Source of the DNA: an uncultured Spirochaetota bacterium
GTDB taxonomy: Bacteria; Spirochaetota; Spirochaetia; SZUA-6; Fen-1364
Direction: 5' to 3'
Length of the DNA stretch: 64,000 nt
NCBI GenBank assembly: GCA_963820525.1
Contig: CAWGAA010000003.1
Span: 608,001-672,000, forward strand
This document shows, in pieces, positions 50,372 through 59,633 of this stretch. The notes under the pieces were generated by a model. That model was not told where the DNA came from, did not search any database, and saw nothing but the letters and a program-made list of their open reading frames with translations. The translations under genes and the position numbers were made by a program. The stretch's first letter is position 1. The number at the start of each line of letters is the position of its first letter.

Positions 50372-51004
50372 ATGATCAGGATGATTATCTGCGACGATCA
50401 CCCCATCTTCCGAGAAGGGGTGAAAAAGATAATCGAGCAAGCCAAGGATATCGAAGTTGTGGACGAGGCGAGCAACGGCCCCGAGCTCATGGAGAAGCTC
50501 AAGAAGAAGGCCTGCGACGTGGTCAGCCTCGACATCTCGTTTCCCGGGTCCAGCGGGATCGACCTCCTGAAAAGCCTCCTCGACGCGTTTCCCAAGCTCG
50601 CCATCCTCATGCTCAGCATGCACCCCGAAGACCAGTATGCGGTGCGCGCCATCAAGGCGGGGGCCGCCGGCTACGTGGTGAAGGGAAGCGTCCCTTCGGA
50701 GCTGATAACCGCCATCAGGAAGGCGGCGGCGGGGGGCAAGTACGTGAGTCCCTCGCTTGCCGAGCAGCTCGTTCTCGAGCTGGGCGGCAGGAGGGAGAGG
50801 GCTCCTCACGAAGAGCTCTCCGAGCGTGAGTACCAGGTGCTCCGGCTGCTCGCCGCGGGCAAGAGCGTAAAGGAGATCGCGGCGGAGCTCTTCTTGAGCC
50901 CTCCCACTATCGGCACGTACCGCTCCCGCATCCTGACAAAGCTCTCCCTGAAGAACACGGCAGAGCTGATCCATTACGCGATAAGCCACAACTTGCTGGA
51001 ATAA
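50372..51004 (+). CDS. NarL/LuxR family response regulator
   Basis: DDHPIFREG, LDIS, LSMH, LSEREYQV HTH. Confidence 0.93.
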   Translation: MIRMIICDDHPIFREGVKKIIEQAKDIEVVDEASNGPELMEKLKKKACDVVSLDISFPGSSGIDLLKSLLDAFPKLAILMLSMHPEDQYAVRAIKAGAAGYVVKGSVPSELITAIRKAAAGGKYVSPSLAEQLVLELGGRRERAPHEELSEREYQVLRLLAAGKSVKEIAAELFLSPPTIGTYRSRILTKLSLKNTAELIHYAISHNLLE

Positions 51005-51160
51005 AGAGGGCCACCGGAAGGCGGCCCCTGGGGCGCCTGCCGCCCTCCATGGCTCCGGCGCCCTTGGGCCTCCATGCCCTGGCTTGGGGCCGCCTGCCGC
51101 CCATCCTGTGCGCCGCGTCCACGGCGATAGTATACTTGAAGAGTCCCGGTCGAAACAGTG

Positions 51161-52429
51161 ATGAAGGGGATCGAAGCCTGGTATTCCTCTTATGCCCTGC
51201 TCGGAGTCGCCGCCGCCGGGGTTCTGCCCATCCTGCTTCCCCTCGTCGTCGAACAGGGCGCGGGCGCCTCGGGGATCGGCCTCGTGATGGCCGCCTTCAG
51301 CCTCGGCGGGCTCTCGGCACCGCTATGGGGCAGGCTTGCGGACGCCCGGCGGCTCCATCGGGCGCTCCTGGCGGGGGGCCTGGCGCTCACCGCGGCGGCC
51401 TCGGCGGCCTTCCCCTTCCTCCCTTCGCTTTTCCCCCGAATCGCCCTCGCCTTCCTCCAGGGCACCGGCGTCGCCGCGGCCTCCACCACCGCCAACCTCT
51501 TCATCGTGGAGATGCACCCCCGCTCCGAATGGGACTCCAGGATCGGATGGCTTCAGACCTTCTACGGCGTCGGCCAGGTGGCGGGGCTGCTCCTCGCCGG
51601 CGCGCTCGGGCAGAGCCAGCCGCGTGCCGGCCTGGTTGCGGCGGGAGGGCTCGCCGCGGTGGCCATCATTCCCGCGCTTTTAACCGCGCCAAGGCCGCCT
51701 GGACGCCCATTGACGCGCCGGCCCGCGCTTACTCATGCCGCGCGCCACGCGGGATGGCCGTCGGGATCTCCGCAGGACATGTACCACCACGCAACAGGAA
51801 GGGGCCTGCGGCTCCTGGGCTCATCCGGGAGCGCCCTGTTCGGGCTCTTCCTCCTGGGCTGGCTTCTCAGCTACGGGGGCTGCGCGGCCCTCTTCTCCCT
51901 CTACCCCGTTGTGATGCAGAGGAGCTATGGCGTTGCCCCCGGGCTTTCATCCGTGGGCTTCGCAGTCTCCGCCGCGGCGGGACTGCTCCTCTACGCCCCC
52001 GCCGGCCGGTGGTCCAGCGGCGGGCGGTCAGTGACCGTGCTTCGCGTCGGGATCGCCGCCAGGCTTGCCGCATTCGCCGCTCTGTCTCTTCTAGCCTTTT
52101 CCCGGGGGATTTCGCAGGGGTGGCCCGCCCTTGGATCTTTCCTCGTCGTGGTGCTGGCCTGGTCCGTCCTGAGCGTGGCAAGCACAGCCCTTGTGGCGGA
52201 GATGCACGCCAAAGGCAAGAACGAGGGCGAAGGAATCGGCCTGTTCAATGCGTCGACTGCGCTCGCCGGTGTCATCGGCTCGGTTGGGGGCGGCCTGGCT
52301 GCCGGCGCCTGGGGCTTTGGCGCCGTGCCGGTTGTGGCGCTTGCCGGGACCGCGGCCGGGCTTGTCATCATGTTGTCAGGACGGTTCAGCCTGCCGCGCG
52401 CCGGCCCCACGGCGCGGGCTCGAGCATGA
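51161..52429 (+). CDS. MFS transporter
   Basis: WGRLADARR motif A; about 12 TM segments. Confidence 0.85.
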   Translation: MKGIEAWYSSYALLGVAAAGVLPILLPLVVEQGAGASGIGLVMAAFSLGGLSAPLWGRLADARRLHRALLAGGLALTAAASAAFPFLPSLFPRIALAFLQGTGVAAASTTANLFIVEMHPRSEWDSRIGWLQTFYGVGQVAGLLLAGALGQSQPRAGLVAAGGLAAVAIIPALLTAPRPPGRPLTRRPALTHAARHAGWPSGSPQDMYHHATGRGLRLLGSSGSALFGLFLLGWLLSYGGCAALFSLYPVVMQRSYGVAPGLSSVGFAVSAAAGLLLYAPAGRWSSGGRSVTVLRVGIAARLAAFAALSLLAFSRGISQGWPALGSFLVVVLAWSVLSVASTALVAEMHAKGKNEGEGIGLFNASTALAGVIGSVGGGLAAGAWGFGAVPVVALAGTAAGLVIMLSGRFSLPRAGPTARARA

Positions 52430-52445
52430 CCTGAGGAGGCTTTTC

Positions 52446-53552
52446 ATGAAAGCGATTTCCCTGACTGCCGGAACCACTTCGATCGAGCTTGCCGAGCGGC
52501 CGGTGCCGGCCGTCGCCGCGGAGAGCGAGGTGAAGGCCCGTGTCATACGGGTCGGCATCTGCGGCACGGATCGGGAGGAGGCGGCGGGTGGCCGCGCAAA
52601 GCCTCCTGAAGGAAAGAGCGGGCTCGTCATCGGGCACGAGATGCTCGGCCGGGTGGTGGAAACGGGGAAATCCGTCACACGCGTGAAAACGGGAGACCTC
52701 GTGGTCTTCACGGTGCGGCGCGGCTGCGGATCCTGCCTGCCCTGCGCCATGAACCGCTCCGACATGTGCCTCACCGGAGGCTACAGGGAGAGGGGGATCT
52801 GGGGCCTGGACGGCTACCAGACCGAGTACGTGGTGGACTCCGAGGGCTATGCGGTACACGTGCCTGAGGAGCTTGAGGCCGCGGGGGTGCTCACCGAGCC
52901 GTTGTCCGTGGCGGAGAAGGCGATAGACGAAGCGGTGCGGATCCAGACCTCACGCCTGCCCGAATCCGCGGCGCGGCCGTTCTGGCTCCATGGCAGGCGC
53001 TGCCTTGTGGCCGGCCTCGGGCCCATCGGCCTCCTGGCCGCGATGAGCCTGCGCCTGCGAGGCGCCAAGGTGTTCGGGCTGGACATCGTGGATGCCGGAA
53101 GCACACGTCCCCGCTGGCTTTCCCGCATCGGCGGCACATACCTGGATGCCCGCACGGTCCCGCCGGACAAGGTGGAAAAGACGATGGGCGGCATGGAGCT
53201 CATCCTGGAGGCGACGGGCGTGGCAGCCCTGGAGTTCAACCTCCTGGATGCCCTGGACACGAACGGGATCACCATGCTCACGGGGATTCCCGGCGGCGAC
53301 AGGCCGCTTCAGCTCCAGGGCGCCGAGCTGATCCGCAGGCTTGTTCTAGGAAACCAGGTCATGGCGGGCAGCGTCAACGCCTCCCGCGACCACTTCCAGA
53401 TGGCGGTGGACGACCTCGAGCGGGCGCGCACCCGCTGGCCCGGCCACGCGGAGCTTCTCATTACGAACCGCCATCCCTATGGAGATTTCGGCAAGGCGCT
53501 CGCAAGCCACGAGCCCGATGAAATCAAGGTGACAATCGAGTGGGCACGCTAA
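52446..53552 (+). CDS. Zn-dependent glucose 1-dehydrogenase
   Basis: GICGTD, GHE, VRRGCGSCLPC, ERGIWGLDG, GLGPIG, GSVNA. Confidence 0.85.
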   Translation: MKAISLTAGTTSIELAERPVPAVAAESEVKARVIRVGICGTDREEAAGGRAKPPEGKSGLVIGHEMLGRVVETGKSVTRVKTGDLVVFTVRRGCGSCLPCAMNRSDMCLTGGYRERGIWGLDGYQTEYVVDSEGYAVHVPEELEAAGVLTEPLSVAEKAIDEAVRIQTSRLPESAARPFWLHGRRCLVAGLGPIGLLAAMSLRLRGAKVFGLDIVDAGSTRPRWLSRIGGTYLDARTVPPDKVEKTMGGMELILEATGVAALEFNLLDALDTNGITMLTGIPGGDRPLQLQGAELIRRLVLGNQVMAGSVNASRDHFQMAVDDLERARTRWPGHAELLITNRHPYGDFGKALASHEPDEIKVTIEWAR

Positions 53553-53568
53553 AGAGAAAGGAAATGCA

Positions 53569-55995
53569 ATGTCCGAAGAGATAAGATTCGCCCCCGGCTG
53601 GCCCGGAATCGCCCCCCGCTGGACATCGAGCGCCAAGCAGGGGGTCGGCTCCTCCCTCAACCCGGCGAGCCGCGTTTGGTTCAGCGTGAGCCACGGGATC
53701 TTCAACGAGATCTACTACCCCCGGGTGGACCAGGCCTGCACCCGCGACATGGGGATGATTGTCACCTCGGACGACGGCTTCTTCTCCGAGGAGAAGAGGA
53801 GCGCGGAGCACAAGGTTTCCACGCTCGCGTCCGGCGTGCCGGCGTACGCGCTTTCCAACACAAGCGTCGACGGCCGCTACAGGATCGACAAGGAGGTGCT
53901 CACGGACCCCTGGCGGGAGGTGCTGCTGCAGAACACCCGCTTCACGGCCCTCACGGGGGCCCTGGGGAGCTACCGCCTCTACCTGATTCTCTCCCCGCAC
54001 ATTGCCAACAGGGGCTGGGGGAACACGGGCTGGCTGGGAGACTATAAAGGGGTCGAGATGCTCTTCGCACAGCGCGAGGGGACCTGCCTGGCGCTGGCCT
54101 GCTCCTGCCCCTGGCTGCGCCGTTCCGTGGGGTTCGTCGGCTCCTCCGACGGCTGGCAGGACTTGAGCCGAAACAAGCGCCTGACGGCGGTCTGGGACCG
54201 CGCGGAGAATGGAAACATTGCGCTCACGGCCGAGGTGGACCTCGCCTCCTCGAAGGGCGAGTTCGCGATCGCCCTCGGGTTCGGGGGCAACGCGGCAGAG
54301 GCGGGAAACCGCGCCCTGGCAAGCCTCGCCGACGGCTTCGATCACGCTAAGAGCCAGTACATCGCGGAGTGGCAACAGTGGCAGGAGCGCCTTTCATGGC
54401 GCGATGAGAGGCCGCGGGGCGAGAGCGGCCGGGATCGGTCAGCCGACATGCTTCGGACCAGCACCGCGATAATCCACGCCCATGAGGCGAAGAACTTCCC
54501 CGGAGGGATGATCGCGAGTCTCTCGGTCCCATGGGGCTTTTCCAAGGGAGACGATGACCTGGGAGGCTACCACCTGGTGTGGCCGCGGGACCTCGTTGAG
54601 ACGGCCGGGGGGATACTGGCGGCGGGGGGAACGGAGACGGTGGCCCGCGTGCTGCACTACCTCCAATCCACCCAGGAGCCGGACGGTCACTGGCCGCAGA
54701 ATATGTGGCTGGACGGGACGCCATACTGGTCGGGCATCCAGATGGACGAGACCGCCTTCCCCATCCTTTTAGTGGATCTCGCCTTGCGGCAGAAGGCGAT
54801 CGATGCGCATGAGCAGACGCGCATGTGGAGCATGGTGCGGCGCGCCGCCTCGTTCATCGTCCAAAACGGGCCGGTCACCCAGCAGGACCGCTGGGAGGAA
54901 GACCCCGGCTACTCCCCCTTCACTCTCGCGGTGGAGATCGCCGGCCTCCTGTGCGCGGCCGACATGGCGGATGTCCGCGGAGAGGCGCCCATTGCGCGGT
55001 ATCTCCGGGAAACGGCGGACTCCTGGAACGACGCGGTGGAGCGCTGGATCTACGCCGTAGGGACGGACCTTGCCCGAAAGCTCGGGGTTGAAGGCTACTA
55101 CGTTCGGATCTCTCCTCCCGATGTTGCCGATGCCCCCTCTCCAGCGGGAGGGTTCGTGCCGATCAAGAACCGGCCTCCGGGACAGGGCGTGGAGAGCGCC
55201 ACCCATATCGTGAGTGTCGATGCCCTGGCCCTTGTGCGCTTCGGGCTTCGGGCCGCGGACGATCCCAGGATCGTAAACACGGTGCGCGTCATTGATACGC
55301 TACTGAAGGTGGAAACGCCATCCGGCCCGGCCTGGCACAGGTACAACGACGACGGCTACGGAGAGCATGCCGACGGATCTCCGTTCGACGGAACGGGGAC
55401 CGGGAGGGCCTGGCCCCTCATCACGGGAGAGCGGGCGCACTACGAGCTTGCCGCCGGCCGCAAGGCCGAGGCGGAGAAGCTCTGCCGGGCCATGGAGGCA
55501 TTTGCCGGAGACGGCGGGCTGATCCCCGAGCAGGTATGGGATTCCGCCGACATCCCCGAACGCGAGCTTTTCTTCGGCAAGCCTTCGGGGTCCGCCATGC
55601 CCCTGCTCTGGGCGCACGCCGAGTACATCAAGCTTCGCCGCTCCATCTCTGACGGGAAAGTATTCGACATGCCGCCCCAGACCGTGAAACGCTACCTCGT
55701 CAATAAAACACATTCTCCCTACGCGGACTGGCGGCTGAACCAGAAGTGCCGTTTCATTCCGGTTGGAGAGACATTGCGCGTCGAGCTGCTCCAGGCCGCG
55801 CAGGTCCACTGGAGCACGGACGAGTGGAAGCACGCCCAGGACACGCAGACAAAACCAACGGGTCTCGGCGTTCACGTCGCCGACATTCCCACGGCGGATA
55901 TGCCCTCGGGCACCCGGATCGTCTTCACCCTCCGCTGGGCGGAGACCGGTTCCTGGGAAGGAACCGATTTCCGCCTGGAGGTGAGCGGAGGGTAG
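53569..55995 (+). CDS. Glucoamylase / glucodextranase (GH15) with C-terminal CBM-like domain
   Basis: IASLSVPWG, YHLVWPRD, QMDE, QDRWEE, RYNDDGYG, IPEQVW, SAMPL.WAHAEY. Confidence 0.9.
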   Translation: MSEEIRFAPGWPGIAPRWTSSAKQGVGSSLNPASRVWFSVSHGIFNEIYYPRVDQACTRDMGMIVTSDDGFFSEEKRSAEHKVSTLASGVPAYALSNTSVDGRYRIDKEVLTDPWREVLLQNTRFTALTGALGSYRLYLILSPHIANRGWGNTGWLGDYKGVEMLFAQREGTCLALACSCPWLRRSVGFVGSSDGWQDLSRNKRLTAVWDRAENGNIALTAEVDLASSKGEFAIALGFGGNAAEAGNRALASLADGFDHAKSQYIAEWQQWQERLSWRDERPRGESGRDRSADMLRTSTAIIHAHEAKNFPGGMIASLSVPWGFSKGDDDLGGYHLVWPRDLVETAGGILAAGGTETVARVLHYLQSTQEPDGHWPQNMWLDGTPYWSGIQMDETAFPILLVDLALRQKAIDAHEQTRMWSMVRRAASFIVQNGPVTQQDRWEEDPGYSPFTLAVEIAGLLCAADMADVRGEAPIARYLRETADSWNDAVERWIYAVGTDLARKLGVEGYYVRISPPDVADAPSPAGGFVPIKNRPPGQGVESATHIVSVDALALVRFGLRAADDPRIVNTVRVIDTLLKVETPSGPAWHRYNDDGYGEHADGSPFDGTGTGRAWPLITGERAHYELAAGRKAEAEKLCRAMEAFAGDGGLIPEQVWDSADIPERELFFGKPSGSAMPLLWAHAEYIKLRRSISDGKVFDMPPQTVKRYLVNKTHSPYADWRLNQKCRFIPVGETLRVELLQAAQVHWSTDEWKHAQDTQTKPTGLGVHVADIPTADMPSGTRIVFTLRWAETGSWEGTDFRLEVSGG

Positions 55996-55999
55996 ACTT

Positions 56000-58900
56000 C
56001 TACTGGTCGAAATACCCCACGATCGTGTTGGCATGGTTGGTCGAGGTGGGCTGGTAGTTGGTCTCATTCCACACATCCTGGGCCGTCAGGTTCTGGTAGA
56101 GGTCTGCATTGACCGAAATACTGATCGGAATGTTGTTCTCGAGGAGAGTCTTCAGTATCGTAATCTGCGCAGCGGAAGTTATGTACACACTATACGCCAT
56201 GCCATAATCCCCAGCTGCCGGGATGTTGCTCCTGTACAGCGGCGCCTCTCTCCACGCCGCTTCGGATGGCCAGGAGGTCTTGTCGGTATCATAGTAAGGG
56301 AAAGTCTGCCAGCTCGCCGCCCCGATGTTGGAGAGAATGTCGGTATTGTCCGTCGAGTACGATCCCGTGTCCGCGCCTCCGTTGATCTGATGGTAGACGA
56401 AGTTGGGGCTGAAAAGCTTGTCCTGCATGCTGTCGGGCTGATGCGGCCATGAGCCTATCATCTTCACGGTGGAGAGGTCCCAGTTGTGCTCGAGGGCTTC
56501 CTGGAATGTCTTGATGTAGTACGTGGTGGACCAGGACGCGCAGGAGCCCTGGGACCCCTGGTTTCCGATGGGCGGGAAGGATTTCAAAGCGCTCAGGTCT
56601 ACAGAGAGCGGCGCGCCGAGGGGCCCGCCCGATTTCAGGGAATCCACGATCCGGGTCGTTTGCTGGATCCGCGCCCACTGCTCCTCCGTGGGAGGCCGCA
56701 GGCCCGTGCCGTGACCGTTGATGATCTTGTTGTAGTTCTTTCCCTTCTCCGCCACGCCGATGATTCTTTTCATCTGGCTGAGCTCGGCATCCGTCATGCG
56801 GTGCGAATTGACGAGGTTCGCGATCCTGGACTGCCCAACCAAGCTGAGCGCGAGGGGCGACGGCGTTCCGACGATTCCCGCTGTATAAATGTCGGCGTAC
56901 ACGGTGCCGCCATCAACCGTGCTCATGGGAAGCGTCGAATAGGATGCATAGGTAGCTTTTGTCCCTCCATACGTTGTGTATTTCTCGAGGGTGAAAGAAT
57001 TGATCGACCCAATGTCAGGATTTGCGTTGCTGTCGGTAACCTTGAGGAACAGATCGTAGCTATTGATATCCGCAGCGAACTCGGAAATGTCGAGGGCCAT
57101 GACGTTCGAGGGGAAAGCGATGGCATCGCCGGTTATTCCATAGTTGTAGAAGGTCTTTGTCTTGAATGGCGTGGTGTGAGAGCCAAGGCCAACGACGATG
57201 GTGCAGTCGCCCTTCTTTGGATGCGTGATGCCAAATGTCACAAGAAGCGTGGGATTATAGGCGGCCTTGTCCTCGAAGAACAGCGCATACATGCTGGCAT
57301 TTATAACAGCTTGGTACGTGATGAAGTAGAAGCCATCCTGGATGTTCTCCCACTTCGCCGTTCCATCGTTTGCCCCCCACGAGTTGGCCACCTTGAAGGT
57401 TCCAACCGGAGAAGGAACGACAAACGGCACGTTCGACCAAGCCGAATCGTTTCCTGATGGGCCGACTGCCTTCACCCTGTACCAGCGCTGCTGCCCCGCA
57501 GTGATGCCGGTGGTCTGGTCGTAGGAGACCACGTTCGCGCCGACCGTTGTCAAAGCGGCAAACCCGGTTGTTCCCGAGGTGGTGCTCGTTTCAATGCCAA
57601 AGCCCGTCTCACCCGTGGAGTTGTCTGTCCATGCGAGATGGACCGAGCTGGCGGTGGGGGCGGTAGCCGTGAGGTTGGTCGGCGCGGGCAGCGCCTGCGT
57701 CGTCGTCGCGCTCGGGACGTTGGACCACAGGGAATTGTTGCCCGCCGAGGCATTTGCCCTGACTCTGTACCAGTACGTCGTATTGCCGCTCAAGCCGGTG
57801 TTGGTGTACGTGGTGATGTTGATCGCTGTCGTTGTCACCAGGGCGAAACCGGTTGTGCCGCTCGTGCTGCTGCGCTCGACCCTGAACCCGCTTTCAGCGG
57901 TAGAGTTGTCCACCCAATCCAGCTTGATCGAGGTCATTGATTGCACGCTCAGAGTCAGGCCGGTGGGTGCCTGCAAGAGCGTCTTGGCACTTGCTGTGCT
58001 GGACCATGCCGAATTGTTCCCAGCCGGGCCCGCCGCGCTGACCCTGTACCAGTATGTCGTATTGACGCTCAGGCTTGAGGCATCTGTGTATGTCGTGGCG
58101 TTCGCCGCTGTCGTGGTAACGAGGTCGAACCCGCTGGTAGAGCCAGTGGAGCTGCGCTGCACGATGAATCCGGTCTCGTTGGCCGAGTTGTCGGTCCACG
58201 CGAGACTGATCGAGTCAGGGCCAATGGCCGTTGCCGTAAGGCCCGTGGGATTCAAGAGGAAGGTTGCCGCGCTCGCCGTGTTCGAATACCCGGATGGGCC
58301 GCCGGCGTTTGTCGCCTTGATCCTGTACCAGTAGATTGTGCCGGCGCTCCCGTTTGTGTCATTGTATGAGACCGCGTTTGCGGCAATGGAAGATGAGACC
58401 TCGCTGAAGCCCGTCGTGTCGGAAACCGAGCTTCTCTCCAGAGTGAACCCCGTCTCGTTGCCTGAGTTGTCGGTCCAGGTGAGGTCTATCTCATAGGAAG
58501 AGCTTGCGGTCGCGACAAGGTTCGTGGGTGCCGCTGGAGGCGTGACGGAGGTGGTAGCGGTGGCAACGTTCGACCATGCTGAATCGTTGCCCGCGGTGCC
58601 CGCGGCCTTGACCCTGTACCAGTAGGGTGTGGTGGCGCTCAAGCCGGTCGTGTCCGGATAGCCGGTGGTGTTGGCCGCGAGGGCGGCTATCTGGCTGAAG
58701 CCCGTTGTACTGGAAACGGCGCTTCGCTCGATTATGAATCCCGTTTCATCGGTTGAGTTGTCGGTCCACGTTAGGTTTATGGACGTTGCACCCGAGGAAG
58801 TGGCGACAAGGTTGCTCGGCGCATTCGGAACCACCGCGGGCGTCGTTGCGCTTGCGGTATTGGAGTAGGCGGATTTTCCGTCGCTTCCGACCGCCCGAAC

Positions 58901-59197
58901 ACGGAATGAATAGCCGGTCTGCGGGGTAAGCCCGGTGGCGAGGTATTGCTTGGCGTCCGCCGCCGTTGTCCCGAGCAGCGAGAACTGGCCTCCGGTCGCG
59001 CTCCCCTCCACTTCGAATCCGCTCTCGTTGTCCGATTTGTCGCTCCACGAAAGCTGAACCGACGTGGCAGAGACGCCGGTTGCCGTCAAGCTGTCAGGCG
59101 CCGCGGGAGGATTGCTGCTGGGGGTCGGGTTTGGACAGCCTGAAAAGAAAACAATCGAAAGGATCAAGAGGAGAATGGCCGCTTTGTTTTTGGACAT
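56000..59197 (-). CDS. Lipoprotein with six fibronectin type III repeats and a circularly permuted papain-family (C1) cysteine peptidase
   Basis: FSGC lipobox; six repeats W.DxS..E.GF...YRV.A; FKVANSWG precedes NQGSQGSCASW and the C-terminal NHANTIVGY. Confidence 0.85.
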   Translation of the reverse strand: MSKNKAAILLLILSIVFFSGCPNPTPSSNPPAAPDSLTATGVSATSVQLSWSDKSDNESGFEVEGSATGGQFSLLGTTAADAKQYLATGLTPQTGYSFRVRAVGSDGKSAYSNTASATTPAVVPNAPSNLVATSSGATSINLTWTDNSTDETGFIIERSAVSSTTGFSQIAALAANTTGYPDTTGLSATTPYWYRVKAAGTAGNDSAWSNVATATTSVTPPAAPTNLVATASSSYEIDLTWTDNSGNETGFTLERSSVSDTTGFSEVSSSIAANAVSYNDTNGSAGTIYWYRIKATNAGGPSGYSNTASAATFLLNPTGLTATAIGPDSISLAWTDNSANETGFIVQRSSTGSTSGFDLVTTTAANATTYTDASSLSVNTTYWYRVSAAGPAGNNSAWSSTASAKTLLQAPTGLTLSVQSMTSIKLDWVDNSTAESGFRVERSSTSGTTGFALVTTTAINITTYTNTGLSGNTTYWYRVRANASAGNNSLWSNVPSATTTQALPAPTNLTATAPTASSVHLAWTDNSTGETGFGIETSTTSGTTGFAALTTVGANVVSYDQTTGITAGQQRWYRVKAVGPSGNDSAWSNVPFVVPSPVGTFKVANSWGANDGTAKWENIQDGFYFITYQAVINASMYALFFEDKAAYNPTLLVTFGITHPKKGDCTIVVGLGSHTTPFKTKTFYNYGITGDAIAFPSNVMALDISEFAADINSYDLFLKVTDSNANPDIGSINSFTLEKYTTYGGTKATYASYSTLPMSTVDGGTVYADIYTAGIVGTPSPLALSLVGQSRIANLVNSHRMTDAELSQMKRIIGVAEKGKNYNKIINGHGTGLRPPTEEQWARIQQTTRIVDSLKSGGPLGAPLSVDLSALKSFPPIGNQGSQGSCASWSTTYYIKTFQEALEHNWDLSTVKMIGSWPHQPDSMQDKLFSPNFVYHQINGGADTGSYSTDNTDILSNIGAASWQTFPYYDTDKTSWPSEAAWREAPLYRSNIPAAGDYGMAYSVYITSAAQITILKTLLENNIPISISVNADLYQNLTAQDVWNETNYQPTSTNHANTIVGYFDQ

Positions 59198-59384
59198 ATT
59201 GCCTCTCGTTTCGAATGAGCGCTTAAGAGAATTGTAGCACGCAAAATGTCTGATGTCTAAGCAATGATGCACAAACAACAGCAGCATGGCGATCGGCCCC
59301 GGTTTTTATCTGACTAAAACGGTCAGAGTCACGTTTGGAGGCAACTGGATCTGCCACGAGTTTGTCCCGCTCGCACCGGAGGCG

Positions 59385-59520
59385 GCAAGGTAATAGAGGT
59401 TCGATGCCCTGGGCATGACTCCTTGCGACAAGTCGGTCAGGACCGTGGGGCCGACGAGGCTCACGCGATAGTAATAAGTGGTGCTGGGAAGAAGGCCGGA
59501 ACGTCAGTGAACGTTGTGGC
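59385..59520 (-). pseudogene. Frameshifted FN3 repeat remnant
   Basis: Minus strand reads ATTFTD / SGLLPSTTYYYRVS across a frameshift, with no start codon context. Confidence 0.55.
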
Positions 59521-59585
59521 CGAACCGCTTTAGACCTGGGTGTCGTAGCTTAGCAAACGCGCGGGACGACTCCGTGAGGAAATGA

Positions 59586-59617
59586 GACGCCTCCGCGCTT
59601 GAAAGCGCGGAAGCGTC
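59586..59617 (-). terminator. Hairpin, putative terminator of the 59634-61235 gene
   Basis: GACGCTTCCGCGCTT-TC-AAGCGCGGAGGCGTC stem-loop just past the stop codon. Confidence 0.6.
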
Positions 59618-59633
59618 ATCTTTGTGAACGAAC

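Noticed and set aside
51025..51100. Short imperfect direct repeat GGGG(C)CGCCTGCCGCCC in the regulator-MFS intergenic region
   Set aside because: Only two copies in very GC-rich DNA; not distinguishable from chance
57450..59110. Repeated DNA motifs such as GAGTTGTCGGTCCA and CCCTGTACCAGTA at about 290-nt spacing
   Set aside because: Explained by tandem FN3 coding repeats; not a CRISPR array (degenerate repeats, spacing too long, no cas genes)
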